Origin: Rhabdochlamydiaceae bacterium | GTDB taxonomy: Bacteria > Chlamydiota > Chlamydiia > Chlamydiales > Rhabdochlamydiaceae | Direction of reading: 5' to 3' | Assembly: GCA_047459655.1 (NCBI GenBank) | Contig: JAJREF010000001.1 | Span: 544,001-608,000 of the forward strand | Length of the DNA stretch: 64,000 nucleotides | In this document: positions 22,464 to 34,692 of the stretch, piece by piece | How the letters are laid out: each line of letters begins with the position of its first letter | Numbering within the stretch: the stretch's first letter is position 1 | The notes under the pieces: generated by a model | The model's input: the letters and a program-made list of their open reading frames with translations, nothing else | Told to the model about the DNA's origin: nothing | The model's database searches: none | Position numbers and translations under genes: made by a program

Positions 22464-24075
22464 ACCTCATGAAAAAAATATGAATCTAGATTTAATTCAT
22501 CAAGATTGTCTGTTTGATAACCGATATAGAGATCGGGGCGAATGAGAACAGCCCTGCAGCCTTTAGCTCCATATAGACGGTGGGCTGACCCAGAAGAATC
22601 TTTAAAGCTCTGCACAGTGTGTGACACAAGAGGAAGTCTTCCCTCTTGAAAAATGACGATCGGAATGATGGGGTGAGCTGCAACCTTTTGAAGGATAGCC
22701 GTAAAATTGGGTGCTTCATTCCCTGCAAAAAGGAGTAGATAAAAAGAGGTAGATTTGCGCCAAAGAGCGTACAGGCTAGTAGGCTCATCTTGATGAAGAA
22801 GATAAGCATCTGGCGCTCTAAAACCGCTTTGTGGCCCTACAATAGAGCTTCTAGGATAACAAATACCTATTTGAGAAATTATTTTTACCAGATATCTCTG
22901 CAAAAAGAAATGCGTGTTAAGCAAAATATCGCTGCATTACGAAGAGCGATAGCTACACGGTTTTGCAAGGTGGCAATTTGTGAGGCGATCTCTGTTGCTT
23001 GTAAAAGCTTTTTAGCAACAGAGCGCCTCTCTAAATCATACGTATCCAATAGCTTTTTACCCGCTTGCTTGTTATGCACCAGTGCTAATTTCCAGGCTAG
23101 ATTGAACGCATCTTGCAATCCTGTATTCATCCCCTGCCCTCCAACGGGACTATGGATATGTGCGGCATCACCCGCTAGAAAAACAGATCCTTTCTGATAG
23201 GTCTCTACCATTCGGCTATTGATACAAAAATTTGCACACCAGAGAGGATCTGAAACAAGAACGTAGGAGCCTGTATGCTTGCAAAGAAGCTCTTGGACCT
23301 CTTTAAGTTGAGGCTTTGCTACAATCTGCTCTTTCAATTGGCCGTTAGGAAGAGAGTGACGTTCTTTGAGCAGATTACGACAACGCTCTAGTTGAAAAAT
23401 CAATCGGTAACGCTTTGGCTCAGGAAGAGGGATGGCTGCAAGAGCGCCTATTGCATCTAAAAAAACGAAAAGCTCATCAATAGGATAATCCCAGTGGATA
23501 CGCACGTCAGCGAGTGAAAAAATACCTAAAAGAGGTTTCCCTTCGAACGCAAGGTTGAGCTGCTTGCGAACCTGGCTATGCGCCCCATCACAACCTACAA
23601 CCCACGTTGCTTGAATTGTTTCTTCTTGCCCAGAGGTAGTATGAGCAACAACGACCTCAACATCTTCCTCACGTTGTTTCATCCTCAGAAACTCTACTCC
23701 CCTCTCAATCTTTACTCCAAATGAAATAAGGTACTGCTCGAGGATCTCTTCTGTTTTTACTTGTTCAAGACTTAAGATAAAAGGGTAGGACGAATCAAGG
23801 GTGTCAAAAGAAATTCTACCTAATTTATGAAACGAACAGATCGGGTTGCCCACTTTTAAACGCAGACCTTCTGCTAAAAAAGCCTCTGCAAAACCCAAGT
23901 GTTCAAAGATCTCCATCGTCCGGGCTTGTATGGCCACCGCCCGTGACTGGTCTTGACAAGCAACACCTTTATCGATAATTCTACAGCTAAGACCATAGCG
24001 CGCAACTTCTGCTGCCATCAGCATGCCTGTTGGACCTGCTCCAACAATCAGCACATCAACGCGATTATCCTTCAT
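22460..24075 (-). CDS. FAD-dependent aromatic monooxygenase, PheA/TfdB-like (frameshift ~22900)
   Basis: GAGPTG, GCDGAHS, FLAGDAAHIHSPVGGQGMNTGLQDAFNLAWKL, C-terminal LIRPDLYIG. Confidence 0.9.
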
Positions 24076-24281
24076 AAGAATACACCCTACGCCATTCAAA
24101 AAAACGTATTAACGCATAGCGTATAGATAAACTTTTTAGCTTATTTTCTCAAGAAAAGTAGAATCCTAACCACCAAAGAAAGCTAAAGGTGGGTTGTTTT
24201 ATGTACGAGAATTGGGAGCAATCGACTCGCCTCTTCGGTTATGCTATTCTCAAAATTTTATCAGGATACGGACACTAGAAC

Positions 24282-25255
24282 ATGGCAAATGGAGAAATCA
24301 TCCTATACACCACAGAGGATGGGACAGCTTCCGTTCAGCCCAGAACCCAAGACGGCACTGTTTGGCTAACCCAGGCCGAAATCGCTGAGCTCTTCCAAAC
24401 AACTCCTCAAAATACAACTTCAAATCTAAGAGCTATTTACACTGATAACGAGCTGGTTGAAGCCGCAACTTGTAAGGAACGCTTACAAGTTCAATCTGAA
24501 TGGAAAAGAACGATTCAACGAAATCTCAAATTTTACAATCTTAGTGCAATACTTGCGATAGGCTACCGCATTCGCTCTCCTCAGCAACCAGGCTCAACTA
24601 TTTTTTAAAAAAGTTCAAAACAAAATGCTCTGGGCTACAACCCATAAGACGGCGGCCGAATTGATTTTAGAGCGATCAGATTTTAAACTGCCCAATATGG
24701 GGCTGACAAGTTGTGAGGGACACCGCGTCCGTCAGCAAGACGTAACCATCACCAAAAATTATCTCACTCAAGTGGAACTGGAAGAACTTAACCTAATTGT
24801 TGTCATGTATTTGGATTACGCGGAGCTACAAGCAAAACAGCGAAAGACGATCACGATGAGAGAATGGGAGGAAAAGTTGGATACCTTCCTTAGCTTTAAC
24901 GAAAAAGATCTCTTAAGGAGTCTCTGGATAAGTGCTTTGTCGGAGATTGCTGATCAGTTTTTCGAAGACGACGATTTTGGAAAGCGCAGCTAACATGTAG
25001 AATGTTAGAGAGTTCGAAAAATCTAGTATTCGCAAAAATTGGCGGCAAGATTTGGCAAATGACTTGTCCAGAGGTTCCTTAAGCCACGCAGGTAAAATAT
25101 CTGCCCAGGTAGCAGAAAAGCTCTCCCTTGAGCGCTATTCAGAATTTAATCAAAAGCGCCTTAAGGAAGAGAGACTGCGAGCTGATGAAGAAGATGTTGC
25201 TCTTCTTGAAGCAATCCGAGAAAAAGCTAACCCAAGCGAAGCTCCTGCGGATTAA
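24282..25255 (+). pseudogene. rhuM: RhuM-family protein, apparently internally deleted and interrupted by a family A MITE
   Basis: TVWLTQAEIAELF, YNLSAILAIGYRIRS, FFKKVQNKMLWA, KNYL, FLSFNEKDLL|SHAGKISAQVA. Confidence 0.85.
24917..25078 (+). mobile_element. MITE family A (162 bp) with TTAA duplication, inserted in rhuM
   Basis: TTAA 24913-24916 and 25079-25082; imperfect TIR GGAGTCTCTGGATAAGT / ACTTGTCCAGAGGTTCC. Confidence 0.93.
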
Positions 25256-25452
25256 AAGAAGCTGGGACTTTTTACAAAAATTGTTTTTTAGATTTGTCCA
25301 GCAGCTGATGTTTCCCTTTGCTGTATTGGCTAGCCCAAGACCTCTGAACAACAGTCCCTGCTTCGGGATCGATTTTGAATAAAGCCCGCCAGTCAGGAAT
25401 TATCGAGCAAACGGATTGTCATGAACAAGTAGATAAAAACTTTTATATTATG

Positions 25453-25479
25453 GAGGTAGTTGCAAAACTCAGGTTCAGT
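25453..25479 (-). repeat. Family D element end downstream of tRNA-Tyr
   Basis: GAGGTAGTTGCAAAACTCAGGTTCAGT is the reverse complement of 52367-52393. Confidence 0.7.
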
Positions 25480-25528
25480 GAGAGAACCGTTCTTAACGAT
25501 GCTGGATTTTAAGAATCGTCCAAGAGAA

Positions 25529-25610
25529 TGGGGGCGGTGTGACTCGAACACACGAAACCCGAAGGTGGGGGATTTACAGTCCCCTGCAATTGCCACTATG
25601 CGACACCCCC
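25529..25610 (-). tRNA. tRNA-Tyr(GTA)
   Basis: Cloverleaf, GGGGA-CT-GTA-AA-TCCCC, long variable arm, TTCGA T-loop. Confidence 0.95.
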
Positions 25611-25623
25611 CAAACAGAAAAAA

Positions 25624-25695
25624 TGCTGGCGAAAGGACTTGAACCCTCAACCGTCCGCTTACAAGGCGGATGCTCTACCATTGAGCTACACCAGC
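25624..25695 (-). tRNA. tRNA-Thr(TGT)
   Basis: GCTGGTG acceptor, TCCGC-CT-TGT-AA-GCGGA, GTTCAA. Confidence 0.96.
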
Positions 25696-25753
25696 AAAAA
25701 GGAAAGAACCTTATAACAAATGATTCCTTATTGCTCAAGATTTTAAGACGGTA

Positions 25754-25966
25754 TTACATGTTAAAATGTTTTTCGTCAGGAGGAACTTCAGGCAGTTTAG
25801 GCTTAACAGGTGTAACATTTTGTTGAAATAGGGAAGAGATTTTGTTGGAGCTTGTCAAAACCTGGGCAGATCCGAGCAAGGACTTTGTAGTTTTTGATTC
25901 ACAACATTTTTTAAATTTCTTTCCTGACCCACAAGGGCATGGATCATTTCTACCTGGCTTTGACAT
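25754..25966 (-). CDS. SEC-C motif small protein
   Basis: [18 protein letters not shown]. Confidence 0.85.
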   Translation of the reverse strand: MSKPGRNDPCPCGSGKKFKKCCESKTTKSLLGSAQVLTSSNKISSLFQQNVTPVKPKLPEVPPDEKHFNM

Positions 25967-26026
25967 GAGACCTCTTTTGGGAAACACTATACCGCTAAAA
26001 AGAAATATCGGGTAGAATTTTTTCCC

Positions 26027-26770
26027 ATGAGCAGCCTACCAATTGCAAAACCTCCATGGACAACATTAGGAAAAAAGCTTGAAAGCATGTGCCGTAAAGC
26101 ACTCTATCAATTCAATCTTTTAGATGAATCAGGCAAGGTTGCTGTTGCTCTAAGCGGTGGTAAGGATAGTCTTGCACTTCTCTATCTTCTGAAGGCCATT
26201 TCAGGCAGGGGTTTCCCTGTGCTGGATATCCATGCTATTCATGTGTCTGGCGAGTTCTCTTGCGGAGCCTCTGTCAGCGAACAATTTCTGCGTCCTATCT
26301 GTGAAGCTCTCGGGGTTAATTTTATTTTGAAACATTCAACACAAACAAGAGAAAATTTAGCCTGTTACAGCTGCTCAAGAGAGAGAAGGAAGCTAATTTT
26401 TGAAGCGGCTAAAGAAGTGGGTATACATACGATTGCTTTTGGGCACCATAGAGACGATAGCATTGAAACCCTTTTGCTGAATCTTTTACACAAAGCAGAG
26501 TTTGCGGCTAACCTCCCAAAAGTACACATGCATGACTATGGTATAACCATTATTAGGCCTTTAATTTTCATTGCAGAAAAAGAGATTATCTCTTTTGCTA
26601 AGCTCCATGGATTTGCAAGAATCACCTGTCAATGCCCCGTAGGACAAATCTCCATGCGTAAAAAAGTCAAAGATCTATTGCACTCTGTAGAGGAGATTTT
26701 TCCCAATACAAGAGAGAATCTTTCTCAAGCTAGCTTGCATTACGGATCTACTAAAGCTGCGCAAAAATAA
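26027..26770 (+). CDS. ttcA: tRNA 2-thiocytidine biosynthesis protein TtcA (PP-loop family)
   Basis: SGGKDS, CYSC, GHHRDD, IIRPL, CQCP. Confidence 0.8.
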   Translation: MSSLPIAKPPWTTLGKKLESMCRKALYQFNLLDESGKVAVALSGGKDSLALLYLLKAISGRGFPVLDIHAIHVSGEFSCGASVSEQFLRPICEALGVNFILKHSTQTRENLACYSCSRERRKLIFEAAKEVGIHTIAFGHHRDDSIETLLLNLLHKAEFAANLPKVHMHDYGITIIRPLIFIAEKEIISFAKLHGFARITCQCPVGQISMRKKVKDLLHSVEEIFPNTRENLSQASLHYGSTKAAQK

Positions 26771-26804
26771 AGCATTTTATTTCTAAAAGTGTTAAGAATG
26801 TTAT

Positions 26805-28232
26805 ATGTATACACAAGAACTGATTTCCATCGGTTGTTACTTCCTATTGCTGCTGGCAATTGGATATTTCTCTTATCAAAAACACATGTCTGCAACCGGC
26901 TTTATCATCGGCAACCGCTCGATGAACTGTTGGCTAACGGCACTGGCTGCCCATGCTAGTGATATGAGTAGCTGGCTTGTCATGGCCTATCCTGCTGCAG
27001 TATTTTCTAAAGGCGTGATCAGTGCGTGGACAGCAATTGGCCTTACCACGTGCATGTACTTGAACTGGCGTATTATTGCGCCTAAAATCAGAGTTGCTAC
27101 AGAAAAGTTCAACAGCATGACATTTTCTTCTTTTTTTGAGAGCAGGTTTAAAGACACTTCTGGACGGATACGGGTTTTTTCTGCGATTGTTCTGATCGTA
27201 TTTTATACGATTTACATTTCAGCGGGGCTAACAACACTTGGAGACAATCTAGAAGTCCTCTTCCAATTAAAGTATTCAATCGGTGTTTTGATAGGACTTG
27301 TGGTTGTCATCCCTTATGTGTTCTCAGGTGGTTATCTGACGCTTGCCTGGATTGATCTTTTTCAAGGCTTATTTTTGATGTGCGTCATTATTTTTATTCC
27401 CCTCTATATGATCCCAAAGATAGGTGGATGGGGTGCCATCTCAGAAAATATAACGATCAATCATCTCACGTCTCGATTGATTCCTGATTTTTCCCAAGCC
27501 ACCATCGTTTCAATTATTTCCTTAACATTTGGATGGGGACTTGGTTATTTTGGTCAACCACACATTGTCACTAAGTTCATGGGGATTAAAAAGGTTTCTG
27601 ACATCCCAACTTCTAAATGGATTGGAATGACATGGATGGTTCTCTCACTCGGAGCAGCCACCTTGATTGGGCTTGTAGGAATTGCCTTTTTTAAAGGACA
27701 TTTGGATAATCCCGAACTTGTCCTTGTTGAAATGGTCAAGTTATCGTTTTCTCCTATTATTTTGGGCCTTGTGTTATGCGCTATCATTGCAACAACAATT
27801 AATGCTATGAGCTCTCAAATCCTTGTTTTATCCTCAAGCTTGGCTGAAGATTTGTACAAAAAACTGTGGAGAAAGCACGCCTCCTCTCGAGAAGTTCTTT
27901 TAGTCTCGCGCCTTGGGATCATCCTCGTTGCCTGTGTAGCTTTTCTCATTGCCTTCCGAAAGACCAATACCATCTATCAACTTGTTTTATATGCTTGGTC
28001 AGGGATTGGATCTGCTTTTGGCCCTCTTGTTATCTTATCGCTCTATTACAAAAAAGCTAATAAATATGGCGCCTGGGCTGGAATTTTAATCGGAGGATCT
28101 GTGTCTGCTGTTTGGCCCCTTTTTAACCATTTATTCCCTATCGGCCCCCTAATTCCTGGTTTTTTTGCAAGTATGCTATCCATTTTGTGGGTATCACATC
28201 TCACAAGACACAAACTCTCTCATATGTTATGA
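26805..28232 (+). CDS. putP: Sodium:proline symporter
   Basis: ASDMSSW, WGLGYFGQPHI, YAWSGIGSAFGP. Confidence 0.9.
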   Translation: MYTQELISIGCYFLLLLAIGYFSYQKHMSATGFIIGNRSMNCWLTALAAHASDMSSWLVMAYPAAVFSKGVISAWTAIGLTTCMYLNWRIIAPKIRVATEKFNSMTFSSFFESRFKDTSGRIRVFSAIVLIVFYTIYISAGLTTLGDNLEVLFQLKYSIGVLIGLVVVIPYVFSGGYLTLAWIDLFQGLFLMCVIIFIPLYMIPKIGGWGAISENITINHLTSRLIPDFSQATIVSIISLTFGWGLGYFGQPHIVTKFMGIKKVSDIPTSKWIGMTWMVLSLGAATLIGLVGIAFFKGHLDNPELVLVEMVKLSFSPIILGLVLCAIIATTINAMSSQILVLSSSLAEDLYKKLWRKHASSREVLLVSRLGIILVACVAFLIAFRKTNTIYQLVLYAWSGIGSAFGPLVILSLYYKKANKYGAWAGILIGGSVSAVWPLFNHLFPIGPLIPGFFASMLSILWVSHLTRHKLSHML

Positions 28233-29032
28233 TCCCTCCCATGAATAAAACGTCCAAAAGACCAAAAATTTTAATTACTAATGATGATGGGATCTTTTCT
28301 ATGGGGCTTAAATGCCTTTGGCAAGCTCTTGTAGAATATGCTGACCTTTTTATTATTGCCCCCGGAAGTGATCAATCAGGTTCAGGGTTGGGGTTCACTC
28401 TTAGAGTACCTCTACAAATCGATAAAGTAAAATGGGAGCAAAATACACCCGCCTGGAAAGTGAATGGGACACCTGTCGACTGTGTAAAATTAGGCTTAAG
28501 TGTGATCCTCAAAGAGAAACCTGACTTAGTTGTATCAGGCATCAACCACGCTTCTAATGCAGGTAGAACAGTTTTGTATAGTGGTACTGTGGGTGGAGCG
28601 ATTGAAGGCGTGCTCCGTAATATTCCTAGCATTGCATTCTCTTTTGAAGACATCGACGCACCTGACTATTCACAAGCCCAAAAATACATCCACCCTATTG
28701 TGCAACATGTATTAGAACACCCGCTACCCAAAGGCACGTTGCTGAATGTCAACTTCCCTTACACTTCTACAGATTTTAAAGGGATTAAACTTGCTCGCCA
28801 AGGACGTAGTTATTGGATTGACACCCCCCATGAACGTATCCATCCTGAAGGAACGCCTTACTTTTGGCTAGGCGGCAAATGGGATGAACAAGAAGAACAT
28901 CCTGAGAGCGATGTCGCCCTTTTGAAAGAAGGCTACATCACAGTCGTCCCTATCCATGTCGATGAATTAACCGACCATGAGCATCTAGAAGAAAGAAAAG
29001 CTTCCTTTGAAAAATCATTTCCTCTTCTCTGA
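28229..29032 (+). CDS. surE: 5'/3'-nucleotidase SurE
   Basis: ILITNDDG, GTPVDCV, SGIN, YSGTVGGA, LNVNFP. Confidence 0.96.
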   Translation: MIPPMNKTSKRPKILITNDDGIFSMGLKCLWQALVEYADLFIIAPGSDQSGSGLGFTLRVPLQIDKVKWEQNTPAWKVNGTPVDCVKLGLSVILKEKPDLVVSGINHASNAGRTVLYSGTVGGAIEGVLRNIPSIAFSFEDIDAPDYSQAQKYIHPIVQHVLEHPLPKGTLLNVNFPYTSTDFKGIKLARQGRSYWIDTPHERIHPEGTPYFWLGGKWDEQEEHPESDVALLKEGYITVVPIHVDELTDHEHLEERKASFEKSFPLL

Positions 29033-29046
29033 AGCATCTAATCTGA

Positions 29047-29424
29047 TCAAAGCTTCTTTTTGCGCTTTCTCAATAACGTCTCTACCCCGTCTATTTCATA
29101 AATGCGCTTTAGCTCGTATAGAAGAGCGCTATTTGCAATACTATCGATGAGGGGTTTATCTTCTTCATGTTCTTTCTGAAATTTTCTTGCTTGAATCATC
29201 ACAGAAACTAACCGATCGAAGTAGGATTTGATCTTGGGAACTTCCTTCACTAACTGCTCATGTGTCCCTATTCCCTTGAGCTCCTCTGCCAATTCTTTAC
29301 ATATTGACTCCCCTTCATAACGAAAATCTTCCAGAGAAGAAGGAGAACATGCACATATAGCGAGCAGAACCAACACACATAATGGAAATCTTATCATGTA
29401 GATGATGATAGCAAAATAAAGCAT
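29047..29424 (-). CDS. Conserved chlamydial hypothetical lipoprotein
   Basis: Hydrophobic leader ending AICAC followed by SPSSLEDFRYEGE. Confidence 0.6.
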   Translation of the reverse strand: MLYFAIIIYMIRFPLCVLVLLAICACSPSSLEDFRYEGESICKELAEELKGIGTHEQLVKEVPKIKSYFDRLVSVMIQARKFQKEHEEDKPLIDSIANSALLYELKRIYEIDGVETLLRKRKKKL

Positions 29425-29538
29425 TTTCCTAGCACCACTAGAAAAAAAATCCCCAGATATTTAGAATCATGATGGAAAGAAAGTGTGTACAATTCTATGA
29501 ATCATGCTATGGTAAAATTATTATGGGGAAGAAGTTGT

Positions 29539-30986
29539 ATGACATATAAAAATGCGATAGTTGCCTTAACCTTACTCTGTTCTTCTTTTTGCTTAGCAGC
29601 TGACCAGCAAACAGCTACTACACCAAAATCTAAATGTGGATGTTCTCCTCAGGAGATTGCACAAGCAGCCTCTCAAGCTCGATCTATTATTGCTAAGAAA
29701 GCTATTCCAGGTGTTGTGTTCATTAAAGTAGAACTCGAAAGTGGGGAAGATGGATCTTTTCCATTTAGCTCTGGAGACAACCCTTTTAATTCCCCCGATG
29801 AAGACTTCAACCGCTTTTTTGGGATCCCTTTTGGTAGACCCATGCCACCACAGCCACAAGTAGGACAAGGGTCTGGTTTTTTTGTAACCGCTGATGGATA
29901 TATTTTCACCAATGCGCACGTTGTCAAAGGGGCTAATAAAATAGATGTTACCTTGGACAATGGGCAAGTGTTACCAGCGACTCTCATAGGTGCTGATCCC
30001 AATACCGATATCGCTGTTATTAAACTCGAAGGAAAAAATTTCCCATTCCTGACGTTTGGAAACTCTGATGAATTAGAAATCGCAGAAGACGTGATTGCCA
30101 TTGGAAGTCCTTTTGCTCTTGAAGCCTCTGTCACAAGAGGGATCGTGAGCGGTAAAAAAAGACAGCTACAAATATCTGATTACGAAGACTTCATTCAAAC
30201 CGATGCAGCCATCAACCCAGGTAATTCAGGTGGTCCCCTATTAAATCTTCGTGGAGAAGTTGTTGGCATTAACACTGTGATCATCTCCCGCTCAGGTGGT
30301 TTTATGGGTATTGGCCTTGCAATCCCCAGCAACATGGCAAAAAGCATCATGCATCAACTCATCGAGAAAGGATCTGTAACACGCGGATTTCTCGGTGTTA
30401 CGCTCCAGCCTGTTGACAAAGATATCGCAGCAGGGTTTAACCTCGATAAGGCAGAAGGCGCACTGGTGGCAGACGTATCTAAAGGATCCCCTGCAGAAGA
30501 AGCAGGTCTTAAACAGGGGGATATTATTTTAGAATACAACGGAAATCCGATTAAAACCTTCCAAGCATTCCGTAATGACATTGCCCTCATGGCTCCAGGA
30601 ACTGTCGTCAAACTCAAGGTTAATCGCAAAAATAAAATTTTAAATATATCTGTTACGCTCGGCTCCCTTTCAACTAGCAATTCTTCACCCGGTGTCTTAG
30701 ATCAAAAATTGGGAATGGAAGTGCAAAATCTTACCCCCAACTTTCTAAGCAACTTGGTTATAATCAAGGAGAACAAGGGGTTGTGGTCACGAAAGTCAAA
30801 CCAGGCTCCCCAGGAGCAATGGCTGGGATCCGTCCAGGTTGCCTGATTTTAGAGGTCAATCGTAAGCGAGTCACGAACACGTCTGAATATAATGATAATT
30901 TGAAAGAGGCTGCGAAAAGCAAACGTATCGTCCTCCTTATACAACAGGGAGCCTCCATGCGCTTTGTATCCATCCGCCTTGACTGA
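29539..30986 (+). CDS. htrA: Periplasmic serine protease DegP/HtrA with two PDZ domains (frameshift ~30740)
   Basis: GSGF, TNAHVV, DIAVIK, QTDAAINPGNSGGPL. Confidence 0.95.
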
Positions 30987-31024
30987 AGAGTTAAAATTTG
31001 ATATCATGTACCCCCTTAGGGGTG

Positions 31025-31977
31025 ATGATGTCTATTCTAGCTGTTATTTTAATGTATGGGCTTTGGTCAAGCGTCTTTTCACTTGGAAAAATGGCGCTTC
31101 TACATGCCTCTCCTTTCTTCTTGACCGGTACCCGCATGCTCCTTGCAGGACTCATTCTTCTTTCCCTACCTTGCCCTGACAAAGCGATCCTCTTTTAAAC
31201 TCCAAAAAAACCAGATTCTGTCACTTGCACTTCTAGCAGTTTTTAGTATCTACCTAACAAATGTCTTGGAGTTCTGGGCTCTGCAGTATCTATCTGCAGC
31301 TAAAACCTGCTTTATCTATAGCCTCTCCCCATTTTTTGCAGCCTTTTTTTCCTACCTCCATTTTGGAGAGAGGATGAACCTCAAAAAATGGATTGGCCTT
31401 TCCTTGGGCGTCATAGGTATTATTCCTGTTTTGTACTTACAAACAGGTGCTGAAGAGATGTGGACAGCCGTCGGTTTTTTATCGTGGCCCTCTCTTGCTG
31501 TCATTGGGGCTGCCCTATTTTCTGTATATGGATGGGTGATTTTACGGCTGACTGTCAAAAATCAGATGGTCTCTCCTGTGATGGCAAATGGAACAAGCAT
31601 GCTGTTAGGTGGGACGCTAGCTCTTATTCACTCGATGTTCACAGAGTCATGGAATCCAATCCCTGTCGTTCCCGGAAGTATGGGAAGCTTTGCTGGCTGG
31701 GCCCTTTTCATGACTTTTGTTTATAACATCGTATGCTATAACCTGTATGGGCTCATGCTTAAAAAATTCACGGCGACATTCCTTTCTTTCCTTGGTCTTT
31801 TAAGCCCTATTTTTGCCTCCTTCTATGGCTGGATCTTTTTCAGATGAGCCCCTTTCCTGGGTGATCTTTCTCTCCACAGCTATTGTCTCTGCAGGCCTTG
31901 GTATTGTCTACTCAGCAGAGTTAAAGCAAGGCTATATCTTGAAATCAAATCCCACTTCTACTCCCGCTGCACCATAA
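31025..31977 (+). CDS. EamA/DMT-family transporter (two frameshifts)
   Basis: ~10 TM segments, RMLLAG, YSLSPFFAA, LSPIFA. Confidence 0.85.
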
Positions 31978-32043
31978 GAGCCCTAAATCTCCTTTACAAC
32001 AAGAAGTAAATGAAATATTTTATTGCCTTCCAAGGAGGATTTT

Positions 32044-32651
32044 ATGGTAAGCCCGATCTCTTTTTTGACATCTGCTACAAAAGGTGACCTTATTGTTACA
32101 AGTCTACTTGCATTTGCAATCAATCAGCTAGGAATACATCTGCTAAAAACAAGAGCTATAGATGGTATAAAAAATCGTCCCATCGTGGATATAAAAAGGA
32201 ACAGTCAATAGAGCAAGCCCAAAACAAAAACAACAATAGAAATACAGCAGTTGCTGCTATTATTCAAAGATACAACATGTACAAACTTTGTAGCGTTATC
32301 ATCTCTTGCGCAATTGGCGCATTTTGTCTATATAAAAACCTTTCTCCTCTTTCCTACCTTGCACCCTTAGGTATGTATATTGATTGGAAAAAATTTGAGC
32401 ATAATCGAGATGTGATCGCTCAATTAGAAACACCCTCCCTGAGTAAGGACTTTGTTGCAACGCTTAGCTCCCCAAGTGTAGTAACAATTGGTGTGAGTAA
32501 ATCTTCATCAATCCAAATGGTACGATATATTTTTACCCCAGAAAATCTTACAACTTGCGAAGAAACAACTGATAAGCAGGGAATCCGTTTTCTAAATCAG
32601 ACAGCCTATAATATACAATCAACAGAAATAGGCTGTTATTGCTTAAAATAG
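32044..32651 (+). CDS. Hypothetical membrane protein (probable frameshift ~32200)
   Basis: AGGAGG RBS before ATG 32044; two ORF pieces with hydrophobic segments. Confidence 0.45.
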
Positions 32652-32657
32652 AGTTTT

Positions 32658-33806
32658 CTAAGAGAGTTGGGAGACAAAAAGGTGGAAGGTGGGATCAGAA
32701 CGGATTGAATCGAAGCTTTTGCTTTGAAGCACTTCTTTAAGATCAACAGCACCCAAACCAAGGGCTGTTTCAAGCCAGCCAATAGCGGGTGCAACTTGCG
32801 TAAGTTGAGCTGCAACCTCTGCATTTCTTAAGGCAACTTCTATATCTTGCGTGGCTTGAAAGACAGGACCTGCCAGTTCATTCACCAGTACAAAATCATT
32901 CTCTTCAAAAGCAACTTTATGGAGTAAGCACAAGCCCGCAGAATCGAGCCTTTCTTTTAAAGATTTGAGCGCTTCGTAGGCCTCTTTTTTCATGCCCAGT
33001 TCGTAATTTAGAAAGGCAGAATACTGCGTAGCAATCACATAGATGATCCCTTCTTTAGCTTCGATGCGCAGTTTTTCAAAAGCCTCTAAGGCCTCTTGCT
33101 TATGCCCTTCTTGAAGCTTCATCTCTGCGCGTAAGAGCTCCTCTTTGAAAGCCGTATTGCGGTCACTGTCTTTGAGATGTTTCGTCTTACGAAATCCATC
33201 AAAACTCTCAAAAGCAAATAGAAAAAAGAATGGCGCCTGCCAAAAATTGCCCTGTTACAAATAAAAACAAGGAAACAGCCAGGGCTAACACCATGCTAAA
33301 ACAAAAAGCATACCGCACGCCTTTTGCATGAAAGATTTTCTCAAGAACAACTCTCAGCAGCTGGCCTCCATCAAGAGGGAGCATAGGAAGAAGGTTGACT
33401 GCAGTCCAAAACCAATTGATATTCCTGAAGTTATTTAAAAAAATCTTGAGAGGAAGAGAGGTGATCTGTGGCAACCCTTCTAAAAAGTAAGCGATAAGTC
33501 CCAGTAAGAAACCAAAAAGAGGTCCATCAAATATGATCAAGAACTGTTTCCAGAAAGAAAGCTCGGGGCCATCATGGTATGTAAGCCCACCATCGCAACC
33601 AGTTCGATATGGCAGGTGCGTCCAAAAAAGAGGCTGTGAGTGCATGGCCAAATTCATGGAAAAGCACAGACACAAAAATGACGCCAACCCAAACAAACAT
33701 CTGGGAGAAAGAGTTTCCGCCACTCAACAAAAATGCAATCAAACAGGAAAAAATCCAAAAAGCAGGGAAATAAACAAACAGGGATTCGTCCAGGAATTTT
33801 AATCAT
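32658..33806 (-). CDS. Site-2 (M50) metalloprotease with TPR-like C-terminus (frameshifted)
   Basis: HEFGH in one frame, GPLFG, NLLPMLPLDGG, helical C-terminus. Confidence 0.82.
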
Positions 33807-33808
33807 GT

Positions 33809-34692
33809 CTAGTGTTTACCGGTCAGAGCTCGCACCATCGCTCTGACCGATATCAGCTGGAGCTCTGCGATGGCTACGCCCGCTTTTCTAAAAGCCTCTG
33901 ATCTTATCCTTTGCAGTCCCTTTCCCGCCAGCAACAATTGCTCCCGCATGCCCCCATGCGACGCCCTGGAGGAGCTGTCACCCCTGCAATGAAGGCAGCC
34001 GTTGGTCTACGGCTGTGGGTTTTAATCCACTCAGCCGCTTCCTCTTCTGCATTTCCTCCGATCTCTCCGACGATAAAGAGAACTCCTTCTGTTTCGATAT
34101 CTTGATCAAATAATTTCAATATATCGATAAAGTTCGTCCCATTGAGAAGGACTCCCCCGATGCCTATGCATGTTGTTTGTCCAAGGCCCAGTAGCGTTGT
34201 CTGCCACACAGCCTCATATGTTAAAGTCCCTGAGCGAGAGACAATCCCAATCTTGCCTCTCTTATGGATATACCCTGGCATAATACCAATTTTACATTCA
34301 CCTGCTGTGATAAGACCAGGACAGTTAGGCCCAATCAAACGGCTTCTTCTAGAATGTCTCATCACTCTGGAAACTTCCAACATATCTCTGATAGTGAAGT
34401 CCCTTCTGTAATACACACGATGAGAGGAATCCCTGAGTCTTCTGCTTCTAAAATAGCTTCCGCAGCAAAGGGCGCTGGTACAAAAATCACTGTAGCATCT
34501 GGTTTGTGTATTTTTTTTGCTTCATACACGGTATCAAAAATGGGAAGTCCGCAAGCTTCTTGTCCTCCCTTTCCCGGTGTAACTCGCAACAAAGTTAGAC
34601 CCATAGAGAAGACATTGCTCTGTATGAAAACTCCCTGCCTTGCCAGAGATTCCTTGTGTGATCACGCGCGTTTTATTAACGAGAATTCCCAT
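33809..34692 (-). CDS. sucD: Succinyl-CoA synthetase alpha subunit (several frameshifts)
   Basis: [46 protein letters not shown](H). Confidence 0.93.

Noticed and set aside
25393..25826. ORFs overlapping tRNA-Tyr and tRNA-Thr
   Set aside because: Shadow ORFs over clear tRNA cloverleafs
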